Source: Squalus acanthias
Taxonomy: Eukaryota
Assembly: GCA_030390025.1 (NCBI GenBank)
Contig: CM059432.1
Span: 102,116,001 to 102,180,000 of the forward strand
Length of the DNA stretch: 64,000 nt
Direction: 5' to 3'
A program made the translations under genes and the position numbers. Positions within the stretch are counted from its first letter, which is position 1; each line of letters opens with the position of its first letter. The notes beneath the pieces are model-generated. The model had not been told where the DNA came from and did no database searches. It was given only the letters and a program-made list of their open reading frames with translations. Positions 1 to 12,262 of the stretch are shown here, piece by piece.

Positions 1-1168
1 AACTAGTGGTGTTCCACAGGGGTCAGTGCTGGGTCCCCAACTCTTTACAATCTATATTAACGATTTGGAGGAAGGGACCAAGTGTAACATATCAAAATTT
101 GCAGATGATACACAGATGGGAGGGAAAGTAGTGAGTGAGGAGGACATAAAAAACCTGCAAGGGGACATAGACAGGCTAAGTAAGTGGGCAGAGATTTGGC
201 AGATGGAATACAACACTGGAAAGTGTGAGGTGATGCACTTTGGCAGGAAAAATCCTAGAGCAATTTATTATCTTAATGGCAAGAAACTGGAGAGTACTGA
301 AGTGCAAAGGGATCTGGGGGTCCTGGTGCACGAAACTCAAAAGGTTAGTATGCAGGTGCAGCAAGTGATTAAGAAGGCAAATGGAATGTTGGCTTTCATT
401 GCTAGGGGGATAGAATATAAAAATAGGGAGGTATTGCTTCAGTTGTACAAGGTATTGGTGAGATCGCACCTGGAATACTGCATACAGTTTTGGTGTCCTT
501 ACTTAAGGAAAGACATCCTTGCTCTCGAGGCAGTGCAAAAAAGGTTCACTCGGTTAATCCCGGGGATGAGGGGGTGGTCATATGAGGAGAGGTTGGGTAG
601 ATTGGGACTCTACTCATTGGAGTTCAGAAGAATGAGAGGCGATCTTATTGAAACATATAAGATTGTGAAGGGGTTGGATCGGGTGGATGCGGGGAGGATG
701 TTCCCGATGACGGGTGAGACTAGAACTAGGGGACATAGTCTTAGAATAAGGGGCTGCTCTTTCAAAACTGAGATGAGGAGGAACTACTTCACTCAGAGGG
801 TGGTAGGTCCATGGAATATGCTGCCACAAAAAGCTGTAGAAGCTACATCATTAAATAAATTTAAAACAGAAATAGACAGTTTCCTAGAAGTAAAGGGCAT
901 TAAGGGTTACGGGGAGCGGGCAGGAATTTGGACATGAGTCTAGGTTCGGATCGGTCATGGCCCTGTGGGTAGTGGAGCGGGCCCAGGGACCGTGTAGCCT
1001 GATTCTGCTCCTATTTCGTGTGTGCAATTCTGTTAGATGCAGGAGATGGTTCTGTGATAGATAGTAGATTGGCGGTTAGGATCAGATCAGCCATGATCTT
1101 ATTGAATGGCGGAGCAGGCTCGAGGGGCCGATTGGCCTACTCCTGCTCCTATTTCTTATGTTCTTATG
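1..1168 (+). mobile_element. CR1-clade LINE, 3' part (RT C-terminus plus 3' UTR), 5' end outside the window
   Basis: Open frame 1-937 with GVPQGSVLGP, KFADDT, RDLGV, LEYCIQFW and RGDLIETYK motifs. The 3' UTR ends in a TCTTATGTTCTTATG tail at about 1155-1168. Confidence 0.95.
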
Positions 1169-3861
1169 TTAATAAGGGATGAGATCAGTGCAGTAATGAG
1201 GAATGATATTGGCCTAGAAGATCAAGACGTAGAATCAGTTTGGGTGGAGATAAGAAATAATAAGGATAAGAAGTTACTGGTGGGAGTGGTCTACAGGCCC
1301 CCAAACAGTAGCCACACTATAGGACAGAGTATAAATCAAGAAATAATAGAGGCTTGTAAGAAAGGTACAGCTATCATGGGAGATTTTAATCTTCATATTG
1401 ATTGGACAAAGCAAATTGGCAAAGGTAGACTTGAGGAAGAGTTCTTAGAGTGTATGCGGGATGGTTTCTTGGAACAATACGTTGTGGAACCAACCAGGGA
1501 GAAGACTATTTTAGATCTGGTAATGTGTAATGAGGCTGGATTAATTAATGATCTCTAAGTGAAGGATCCTCTTGGGAAGAGTGATCATAGCATGGTAGAA
1601 TTTCAAATTCAGTTTGAGGGTGAGAAAGCTAGGTCTCAAACTAGTGTCCTGAACTTAAACAAAGGTAATTACAAAGGTATGAAGGCAGACTTGGTTAAAG
1701 TGGACTGGGAAAATATATTACAGGGTAAGACTATAGAAAAGCAGTGACAAACATTTAAGGAGATATTTCATAACTCTCAGCAAAAATATATTCCAGTGAG
1801 AAAGAAAGACTCTAAGAGAACTATGAACCATCTGTGGCTAAGGAAGTAAAGGATGGTATCAAATTGAAAACAAAGGCATACAATGTTGCAAAGAATAGTG
1901 GAAGGCCAGAGGATTGGGAAATGTTTAAAAACCAGCAAAGGATGACTAAAAAAATGATAAAGAGAGAGAAGATAGCTTATGAGAGTAAGCTAGCAAGAAA
2001 TATAAAAACAGACAGTAAGAGCTTCTACTCTACAGGTATATAAAAAGGAAGGGAGTAGGAGTTAAAGTAAACGTCGGTCCCCTAGAGGATGAGTCTGGGG
2101 AATTAATAATGGGAAACAGGGAAATGACGGAGACTTTGAACAAATATTTTGTATCAGTCTTCACGGTAGAAGACACCAAAAGCATCCCAATAATGGATAA
2201 TCAAGGGGCTATTGGGGTGGCGGGGGGTGGGGACTTAAAACAATCACTAGCACTAGAGAAAAAGTACCAGGCAAACTAATGTGACTAAAGGTGACAAGTC
2301 CCCTGGACCCGATGGCCTGCATCCTAGGGTCTTAAAAGAGGTGGCTGCAGAGATAGTGGATGCATTGGTTGTAATCTACCAAAATTCCCATGATTCTCGA
2401 GAGGTCCCAACGGACTGGAAAACCGCAAATGTAATGCCCCTATTTAAGAAAGGAGGGAGACAGAAAGCAGGCAACTATATACCAGTTAGCCTAACATCTG
2501 TCATTGGGAAAATGCTGGAGTCCATCATTAAGGAAGTGGTAGCAGGACATTTAGAAAATCATAATATAGTCAAGCAGAGTCAGCATGGTTTTATGAAAGG
2601 GAAATCATGTTTGACAAATTTGCTGGAGTTCTTTGAGGATGTATTGAGCAGGGTGGATAAAGGGGAACCAGTAGATGTCGTGTATTTGGATTTCCAGAAG
2701 GCATTCGATAAGGTGCCACATAAAAGGTTACTGCACAAGATAAGAGCTCATGGGGTTGGGGGTAATATATTAGCATGGATAGATGATTGGCTAACGAACA
2801 GAAAACAGAGAGTCGGGATAAATGGGTCATTTTCAGGTTGGCAAACTGTAACTAGTGGGGTTCCGCAAGGATCAGTGCTGGGGCCTCAACTATTTACAAT
2901 CTATATTAATGACCTGGATGAAGGGACCGAGTGTAATGTAGCCAAATTTGCTGATGATACAAAGATAGGTGGGAAAGCAAATTGTGTGGAGGACGCAAAG
3001 AATCTCGAAAGGGATATAGATAGGTTAAGTGAGTGGGCAGAAATCTGGCAGATGGAGTATAATGTGGGAAAATGCGAGGTTATCCACTTTGGTAGGAAAA
3101 ATAAAAAAGCAAATTATTATTTAAATGGGGAGAGATTACAAAATGCTGACGTACAGAGGGATCTGGGAGTCCTTGCACATGAATCACAAAAAGTTAACAT
3201 CCAAGTAATTAGGAAGGCAAATGGAATATTGGCCTTTATTGCAAAGAGAATGGAGTATAAAAACAGGGAAGTCCTGTTACAACTGTACAGGGCGTTGGTG
3301 AGACTACACCTGGAGTACTGCATACAGTTTTGGTCTCCTTATTTAAGGCAGGATATACTTGCATTGGAGGCAGTTCAGAGAAGGTTCACGAGGTTGATTC
3401 TGGAGATGAAGTGATTGTCTTATGAAGAAAGGTTGAGCAGGTTGGGCCTATATTCATTGGAGTTTAGAAGAATGAGGGGATTTTATTGAAACATATAAGA
3501 TTCTGAAGAGGCTTGACAGGGTAGATGCAGAGAGGATGTTTCCCCTCGTGGGGGAATCTAGAACTAGGGGGCATAATTTCAGAATAAGGGGACACCCATT
3601 TAAAATGGAAATGAGGAGGAATTTCTTCTCTCAGAGGGTCGTGAATCTTTGGAATTCTCTTCCCCAGAGAGCTGTAGAGGCTGGGTCATTGAATATATTT
3701 AAGATGGAGATAGACAGATTTTTGAACGATAAGGGAGTCAAGGGTTATGGGGAGCGGGCAGGGAAGTGGAGTTGAGGCCAAGATCAGATCAACCATGATC
3801 AACCAGGCTCAAGGGGCCAAAGGACCTACTCCTGCTCCTACGTCTTATGTTATGTTCTTAT
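1169..3861 (+). mobile_element. CR1-clade LINE ORF2 (endonuclease plus RT), decayed, interrupted in its endonuclease region by the upstream CR1
   Basis: APE motifs VGVVYRPPNS, MGDFN, LDLVMCN and SDH. RT motifs KSPGPDG, QHGF, YLDFQKAFDKV, GVPQGSVLGP and FADDT. Several stops and frameshifts. Ends in a TCTTATG-type tail at about 3845-3861. Confidence 0.95.
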
Positions 3862-4299
3862 GTAAAGAAGTTTTGAAGGTACAAGGACTTCCAAAAAGAA
3901 CCAACCGCCAATTTATGGTCTTTTTCGATCGGGAAAGATTTTTTTTAAATTTACGTGAAGTGACGCAATTGCATGGGTCTGACAATGTTTTGCTCCGCCT
4001 TCTTATAAACCTGCAAAGGAGTTAACCCTTTCTGCTGACAGCTGTTTTTTTTTAGTTCACCAAGCAACAACTTTAGTATTGCTGAATGAAATTTAAAGAT
4101 ATTGGACATTATTAAATTTAAGTTTCTTAATTTTAAGTGGATATTTTCCCACGGTGACAGAAGGAAAAGTATGATTTGAAAAATTAACCCCTTGGGCTCT
4201 TAAGCAGTGCCACAATGGATTCTCTGCTTTCTTTTGTTATATGGAAGTTACCATGTAAACTAATTGCGAGCACTTCTGTCTCTAATGTTAAAACACCAT

Positions 4300-5192
4300 G
4301 GGGTAGAAATTAGGTCGCGCCCCATTTGGGGCGCAAATATCGTCCAGACGCAAATATTAGCGCCTGGCGCTAATTATCGGCACTAACAGGAAACTTCACT
4401 TTTACCGCCCCGGGAGGTGAGTGGAGCGCTAAAGCAGGCGCTGCACACCTCTCTTAAGGCGCAAAGGCCAAGGAGTGAGGCGCTAACTCGGAGCGCTGGC
4501 GAAGCTCATGTAATGTCAGTCAGCAATGGAACACACACACAATGGCACGGGCCAGTTCTTAAAGGGGATGGTTAATCTTGCTTTCCATCCTCATCCTGTT
4601 CATTGCTGCCTTGAATCTCGGCCTGGAGAGACTTGCACATCAAATGTGCTGGAAAGAACAATGGAGAGTACCAGGCAAAGAGCTCAGAGTGCAGCTCCCA
4701 CAGTCTCTGCTAAATCGATACAAGGAATGGCAAATCAAAATGAACCTGCAAAGTGCTGCTCAGTACCCAAAACTCCTTCACACAATGTTGAATCTCTCCA
4801 GAAGTCTCTCCCTCTCTCTCTCAGAATGCGTAGTTCAAAAATGCCACCAACAATAAAAGACAGGAAGAGGCCCCCTTTAAATAGCGCCCCCCCCAGCCCC
4901 ACAGCGATTGATAGCGTTCCAGTCTTCTGGTCGTTGGAAGCGCCAGGCGGTAAGGCAGGGGGCGCCACTCAATTTCCGCTCCGGGGCGCCACAAGGGCGT
5001 TGCACCATGGAATGACGTCACAATCTGCGCGCGCAGGTGGTCGCAGCGGTAAGTTTTAGCGCCGCCGCACAATTTCAAGTTAAGTTCTCGAGCGGCGCAA
5101 ACATCGCTGCGCCCGGGCGTTAGCGGCTTTGCGCCCCATTAGCGCCCTCTTAAGGCGCTAACGGGAGGCGCAACCAAGTGAATTTTTACCCC
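4300..5192 (+). mobile_element. 893-bp non-autonomous Harbinger element (internal-deletion derivative of the 49031-53173 family), copy 1
   Basis: TIRs GGGGTAGAAATT / AATTTTTACCCC with TSD CAT on both sides. Near-identical to 45935-46827. Its two halves match the two ends of 49031-53173. Confidence 0.93.
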
Positions 5193-6538
5193 CATGTAAA
5201 TCCATCAAGCCTGCTTCTGAAATTGGAATTGATAAGATAAATTGATAAAAATAAAATTGATATGAGTTGCTGTTTCAAGCATTTGAGAAGGGAAAATCTA
5301 ACTGAAGTTTAAGGAGGTAGTCAAAGTTTCATTGAAAGAAAATGGTTGGAAAGTGGTCCTGTCAATTGCTGTGTATCAAGAGGGAAAGTTTGTGAGGAAA
5401 TAAAATTGAACATTGACAAAACTTGCCAGTCCAACAATACTGCTGTTTGGATTTGGGATAAGTTTGAAATGATAAAATGGACTCAGGCACAATATAGCCG
5501 GTTATAAAAAAAAAAAAAAAATGTGTTAATAACTTGAACCAACTGGGAACGTTTGATCAATGTTTTCTATCTTTAATATTGTACTGGACAGTAAATTTCC
5601 TCCAGGGCTCATGAATGAGATATGACTAGTAATTAATGGGAAGCCCCACTTAAGATGTAAGATAGAAACAGGAAATGTTTCATTACACCATTAAATGGGA
5701 ATCATTTTCTTCGGTGAATTGGCATAAATCATCTGGGTGCAATCTGGTATTAATGTACATTCTTGTGAAAGTCAGGAAAGTGTAGTTAAGAATAGTAAAT
5801 TGATAGCTTTCTCTTGAAGAGGTTTGTGTCCTTGCCTATGAACTTTTTAAGAAAATTGTATTTGATAGCTTGGCCACTACCCGAGACATCGAGACCATGC
5901 AGTGGGAGATGAGCAAAGATCTCCAGACGACTATGATCTTTTGATAAGAACACCTGAAAGCCCGAGAATGGCTTGGATCAGATGTCACGTGTGGCATGAT
6001 ATTGGGAGTGTGAGTGTGAGTGTGAGTGTGCAGATGTGATTTGTTACACATGAAGTAATTAGCATGTGGAAATGCATGGTGAATCTGCACTGAAGAACGG
6101 GTCTCAGACATGTCCAGTTACTTGACAACAGCACGACATGAAATGGTAAATGTGGCTCAGGAGAGTGAGGCAACTTTTTAAATCATCACGGCATTGACAC
6201 ATACTCCAAAGAGAAACTGACTTTGAAACAATCACGATAGAGTTAAACAAACTGGTACCTGTCAGAGGGATTAAAATTTAAGTAAAAACGACACAGAATT
6301 TGGATTGGGACAATTGAGGGCGAGAGAGATCATATTAAGCAAGAATTATCCACAAGATCGATACGAGTAAAAGAGATCTGGAGAATCTTTTAAGTCCATG
6401 ATTTGTTGATTAGATGTTAAACTTTAGCTTTCTTTACAATGTCTGTATTCTTTGTCTGCATCATTGTCACTTGTTATGTATGTACTTAGTCAACGTGCTA
6501 ATGATTGTAAGACTGAATTATAACTTTGACTGTAATAA

Positions 6539-7433
6539 TTGTGTTTTGTAGGTAACAGTGCATGGGAAAAGCCAGTACGAATCCAGTATTGGTGGTGGTT
6601 TTGGTGGTGCCTCCTGTGTGAAGCATGGGGACTGTCAGGTACACTGACTAACGCAAGTAAAGTGACACAGTGGGATTGGGAATCAAAGGTGGTGGGAGAT
6701 GGAGTAAGTAGGAAAGAGGAGGCCAGTTCCAACTGGATATCTAGTCCGAACACCTGCGAGGGATTCTTCCTTAGGGTGTGCAATGTTACCCGGACTGTGG
6801 TGACAACGTACTTGATTGAGGAAGGAACCGGTGGATGTGTAAAATGATCAGGGAAAAGGAACCTACTGTGTCACTACTACCGCAACTACCATGCTTTACG
6901 GGTCTAACAGGACCTGTCCCATTAATAGCCCTCGTTTCTGCTTCACACAACATCTACCCACAACCATCAATCAACATGTTTTACTCAATATCAAAACCTA
7001 TGCTCAAGTGAAACTGACAGTAAATGAGATACTTAAGTATAAGCTGCACAATTATGTGGCACAATTCGGGTATGGCATTCCACTGTTGTCTGAGGGCTTC
7101 AGTGAGCTTGTGATGTGACTGAACTCCTCCCTAAAGCATTTTTATGTGTTGGAGCAAGACAACTCGAGAATAGATATTGAAATTGACAGCATAGGGGATG
7201 ATTCACACTGGTGGGATATCGGGCTTAATATATCGGCACACCCTTGGGTTCGTATTATTTCACATGCTCTTGTGGCATTCCAGCTTGTATTGGTAGTATA
7301 TTTGATGTATGCAACCCGCTTAATAAAAACTATGTTAAGGAGGCTCGACTCTGGAAGGGCCTTAAATAAAATAAAAAAGAGAACCTTTCTCCACTGGTGC
7401 ATAAGCCAATTGTGTACTTATGCCTATAACTAA
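6539..7433 (+). pseudogene. Decayed Env/fusion-glycoprotein-like membrane protein remnant of the LTR element
   Basis: Hydrophobic N-terminal stretch WWWFWWCLLCEAWG. After a frame change, one frame runs 6843-7433 with a single stop at 7116-7118. It contains a Cys motif GTYCVTT...CP...FCF, an amphipathic segment, aromatic SHWWD and the TM-like IISHALVAFQLVLVVYLMYA, just upstream of the PPT/LTR. Confidence 0.55.
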
Positions 7434-7799
7434 CCAGCACTAACAAATTCATTGAGCACACCGAAAGAGAAGATCCAAGGCAAAATAGAGCAGACCCCAG
7501 GCAGGGTAAGATCAGGAAAGATAGAAGAAACAGACGATACCCCAGGCGGGGCAGAATTGGAACACCGGAACAGTGAATTGAATTTGATTCAGGGGTCGGA
7601 GGACTGCTCCTCCCCCTCAAGTGTGTGGACTGTGAGAATACTGGGGAAGTCTCCACTTTACATGAATTTAATAACTAACTGAAATAGACACAACAATTGA
7701 ACCGTCGAACCAATAATCTAGAGTTGGCACAATTGGTAGAGGGTCGAAAATGAGAGGTCGAATAGAGTTTTCTCCCTCTCAAGGGGGAGGTGGGGAGTC

Positions 7800-8964
7800 T
7801 GTTAGAAATTAGGGGTACCTAAAATGTATATGATTACGAGAATGAAATTGTGATGCGAATAATACTGTGTTTAGATGATTGTATTAGAGCTTGAGATAAA
7901 GTGTCTTCAGACTAGTATTAGAGTAGTTGGATAGATGCTTAAAATTTGCCAATGTTTTTGGTTCCCTGCGGATGTTATAACATTCCACACAGTGGCAGTC
8001 ACATATGACCTTGCTTCCCAGGCTAGCTGTCTGCTGTTTGTGTGCTAGGAAGGCTGCTGACTGTATCTTTAATTTGGCCAACTAAGGCCCAACGCCTATG
8101 TTTCTTTCATTACTGCTAATAACCATATTATAATACTAAGTTAGGATTTTGACTTTGTTTAACAAAAACTGCTTGCTAAGATGCATAAGTTAACCAGTGT
8201 TTAAGAATAGAATAGAGGGTATCTTTGGGAATTTAATGATTCATTTCATGATACAATAGTCTGATAATGGAATGAAATAGTTAGTTTGCACAGCTAAGCT
8301 GCATGAACAGCTTTGAACATAAATAACTGATAACAAGTAGGTATGAACATCTGAAGGCCGAGAATGGTATGTCTGACTCTAGCCTTGGGAGGTCAGGGCT
8401 GGATGAGATAAGGGGAAAACAGTTCTCAGCATACTGTGAGGCCACGATTGGTTAAGTACAGAAACCATGTGTAATGGCTGCAAGGACCCCCAAAAGGTGG
8501 AAGATACTATGAGGGTGGGCCTTTTTCTATGGCTTAAATAAAGAACTCGACATACCATTGGGCACCTTGTTTTAAGGGGAACTTCTATAGGTTAAATGGT
8601 CTTGTCCATATTCTACCCCAGGTCCACCCCTAAAAAGAGTATAAAAGAAAGATCTGAAAAGCCCCTAGCGCCGATAGTGGAGTGGAGAGCTCCCAAGAGT
8701 GGATGCTAACTTTGGTCTAACACTCTTGGGCAGTTCAAAGAGAGAGAGAGAGAGACACGTGAGATGAGAAGAAGAGCTGTTCGCACACGCCAGCCATCTG
8801 TCCGATCAGGGCTGGTAGTCGCTACTTGTCACGGTCGTATGTTTTTGCTGTATAACTCGTGTGTTATATTCCACCTTAAATTCCGATTAAACACAATATA
8901 CCCACCATATTGGTTGTAGTCGATCCTGATTATGTGAAAGACCAGAGATAATCTAATCTCTACA
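7800..8964 (+). repeat. Long terminal repeat (about 1165 bp)
   Basis: Starts TG and ends CA with inverted termini (TGTTAGAAATTAG vs reverse complement TGTAGAGATTAG). TATAAAA at 8640-8646, (GA)n at about 8739-8755 and ATTAAA at 8886-8891. A CR1 fragment resumes right after 8964. Confidence 0.8.
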
Positions 8965-9281
8965 TAACCTCTCAGTTTGGCAACATCCTTGTAAATCCTT
9001 TTTGCACTTTCTCCATGGCCTCTATGTAATTTTTCTTGTATTCCTTTAAGGCCGCAAGATGGAAATGCTGGACAGATTCTCAGGTCAATTAAATGTCAGA
9101 CCTGCTTTCTTTTTCATATTCTTACTTTTTAATAATCTTGAAGTTTCTGTTGGGGACGTTTCTCCATATATTGGGAATGATTGGCTTTTATTTAAATATT
9201 TTTTATTTTTAAAGAATGACACATGAATTTGTGTGTGTGACATTGTGACACCCAAGTGTGATGGATCTGTCTCAAAACTTC

Positions 9282-10490
9282 TAGAATTACATAGTATCTA
9301 CCGCACAGAAACAGGCCATTCGGCCCAACTGGTCTATGCTGGTGTTTATACTCCACATGTGCCTCCTCCCACTCAAATTACCTCTTCCCATCCTGCCACC
9401 ATATCCCTTGATTCCCTTCTCCCTCATGTATGCATCAAGGCAGCCCTTAAATGTGTCAATGCTCTCTGCTTCCATCACTCCAAGTTCCACATTCTCATCA
9501 TGCCCTGTGTAAAGAAATTCCTCCTATAATCTTTATTTGATCTTATATTTCTTTTGGATGAAACGTTCAACCAAGTCTGCTCTTTCAGGTGGACGTAAAA
9601 GATCCCATGGCACTATTTTGAAGAAGAGCAGGGGAGTTATCCCCGGTGTCCTGGCCAATATTTATCCCTCAATCAACATGACAAAAACAGATTATCTGGT
9701 CATTATCACATTGCTGTTTGTGGGAGCTTGCTGTGCACAAATTAGCTGCTGCGTTTCCCACATTACAACAGTGCCTACACTCCAAAAGCACTTCATTGGC
9801 TGTAAAGCGCTTTGAGACATCCGGTGGTCGTGAAAGGCGCTATATAATTGCAAATCTTTCTTTCTTCTTTTTTACGTCCCTTTGTTCTGGGCTGTTTTTC
9901 CATGTCTACCCTATCAAGCCCTTTCACAATTTCAAAGACATCTATCAAGTCTCTTCTTAGTCTTTATTTTTCTAGTGAAAAGAGACCCAGCCTGTGCCAT
10001 CCTTCCTGATAGTTGCATCCTCTCAATTCTGCAAACATCCTTGTAAATCTTTTCTGTACTTTCTCCAGTGCTTCAATAACCTTTTTGTAGTATGAAGACC
10101 AGAACTGAGTACAGTATTCCAACTGTGGTCAAACCAAAGTTCATGTGCCCCGTTTTTGTATTCTATTGCTTTAGAAATGAACTCCAGTACTTTGCTCGCA
10201 CTCTTTATGGCCTTATTGCTTTGCTACTTTTTGCTTTTTATGTATTTGTATTTCTGGATTCCTTTGCGCCTCTGCCCTATTTACCTTTTTACCTTCCAAG
10301 GAAAAAGTGGCCTCCATATTCCCTCTACCAAAATAAACAACCTCACACATCGCAATATTGAATTTCATTTGTCATTTATCTGCCAATTCTGCAAGCCTAT
10401 TTATGTCTTCCTGTATTTTGATGCAGTGTTCCACATTATTAGCTGTAGCCCCCAATCAGGTATCATCTGCAAGTTCCTCAAGCTCAACTG
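9282..10490 (-). mobile_element. Old CR1-like LINE 3' fragments, interrupted by a SINE
   Basis: Minus-strand VMEAESIDTFKGCLDAYMREKGIKGYG followed by a 3' UTR. Degenerate RT C-terminal sequence continues at about 9880-10490. Confidence 0.75.
9555..9870 (+). mobile_element. DeuSINE (SacSINE1/AmnSINE1-like), 5'-truncated
   Basis: Deu-domain-like AAAAGATCCCATGGCACTATTTTGAAGAAGAGCAGGGGAGTTATCCCCGGTGTCCTGGCCAATATTTATCCC, followed by an L2-type tail GTGAAAGGCGCTATATAA...TCTTTC. Confidence 0.8.
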
Positions 10491-12262
10491 ATCTCCTGAA
10501 AATAAATATTAATCCCAAGAGCACTTGAAGTCAGTTAATTATTATATCCATACTTGACCTAATATTGCAATACTTCTTGAATATGTGCAGCCCTCAGATC
10601 AATTGAAGTTTCCCAAACTGTTTAATATTAATATGTATTTGTGACAGTTTAGTACATTTCTGTATCAGTAGAGAGAGTGGTTAAATTTGTATTGTAAGGA
10701 TAATTATGATTTATAAGAGATCTTGTGTCACACAGCATTAATCAGTGCCAATATAGCTATTTAGATTTATTTATCAATATTTAAAAATATTAAAAAATCT
10801 AGATAAATAAAAATACAAACTTTTATATATGCCCAGGCACATATATAAATAATCTTTAAGAATGTTATTTACACATATAGGCCCGGATTTTGCAGTCAGC
10901 GGCGAAGGAATGGTGGACGAAGGAACCGTTTACCTCGCCGACAGCTTTCCACAAAGTTTTCACGGGCTTCAGAGCTCAGACTTGCTCTAATCCATCGTCT
11001 GAGCCAGCATGGTGCCCTCGACAGGGGATCTGTGGCATCTGTGAGCAGGTCAAGAAAAAACAAGGCTCTTCAACCAATCAGATTGAAGAATCCACACTGA
11101 GACACATGGGCTGAGAAATTCGATTATGCCCGAAAATGGGCAATGCCACCGCAGGCCAGGGTTAATGGTCGCTCGCAAAAAGAGCGCAGGCAGCACTGGT
11201 ATTTTGGTGCTGCCTGCTGATTTAAATGAGCGCAGCACAGAAGCTCCTGTGCAACGCACTCTTTCCGGTGGTACCATCAGCAGGAGGCCGAACGTTGCGT
11301 CTAAAGGATTGGTGCGGTGTTCTTGGGCTGTCTCCTTATTAACAGTACATTTCCAAGTGAAAGCCAGGCATGGATGTCCTTAAACCATTGCCTGAGAAAT
11401 CCTGAGATTATGCCCAAAAAATAAGCTGAACGCAGAAAATTTAATGGACTGAGTGCAATAAAAAGGAAGTAGCGCCATTATATGGAAGAGAGATGTTGCT
11501 GAAGTGGCAAGGATGCAAGAGATACCAGTGAGTACTGGCCACTTGCTAAATTTGTTAAAATAGGGCAATGATCACAAGCTTATTTTAGGGTTATGGTTGT
11601 ATAGGAACTGTATATTATATAGGAACCTAAGTATATATTTTCAATAAGAACAAAAAAAACCTCTATAAATCTTAATATTCTTTGTTTAGTGGGCTCATCA
11701 GCATTTTCTCAATCTGGATCATATTGAAGAATTTTTGCAATAAACTGAAAGACAATTGAAGTCAGTTAGTTGGGTGTAACTTATTTAAAAGTAGCACGGT
11801 AAATGCGAATTGTGCAGAATGTTTACTATACCGCCGTTTTCTCCCGGCTGTACACACTGTCAATGGCTGCATGCACTGGCATGCTTTGGAGTGGAGTGGA
11901 CGTCCACAATTGCTGAGCGGGCATCAATTCAGCATTGCACGCTGATTGACATCACACTCCTGGTAATTAAAATACCTGCAGCGAGTGCAGGCAACAGCAG
12001 AGCTGCCCAATATGGCGGCTGCTGCGTTCCGTGCCAGAAGTGAGGCAGCCCCCATTTTTTCTTCAAAACCGGTCTTAACAGCCAGTGCTAAAGGTTCAAA
12101 TTTCTAGGCCACAGACTCTAAACCAGGAAGTATAAAGCAGAAAATATAAATTAGATTTAAATCATGTACAGGAAGCAAAATAAAGATTGTGAAATACAGA
12201 TGAGATTAACAGAGAGAGATAAAAGAGACAGACTGAAAAAGTAAAAAAATATTTTATTTATA

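Larger units (their letters stand above)
3862..8964 (+). mobile_element. LTR retroelement: internal region plus 3' LTR; no pol detected, Env-like remnant present
   Basis: Polypurine tract AAGGGGGAGGTGGGGAG (7781-7797) lies just before TGTTAG at 7800. An Env-like frame sits upstream. The left boundary is inferred from the CR1 tail. Confidence 0.65.

Noticed and set aside
4526..5059. 177-aa ORF present in both 893-bp elements (also 46161-46694)
   Set aside because: It spans the deletion junction and reads mostly antisense transposase leader and subterminal DNA. It has no domain, and its conservation is explained by recent copying.
5815..6010. Possible gag remnant in the LTR element
   Set aside because: Protein-like but interrupted by stops, with no zinc knuckle or other diagnostic motif.
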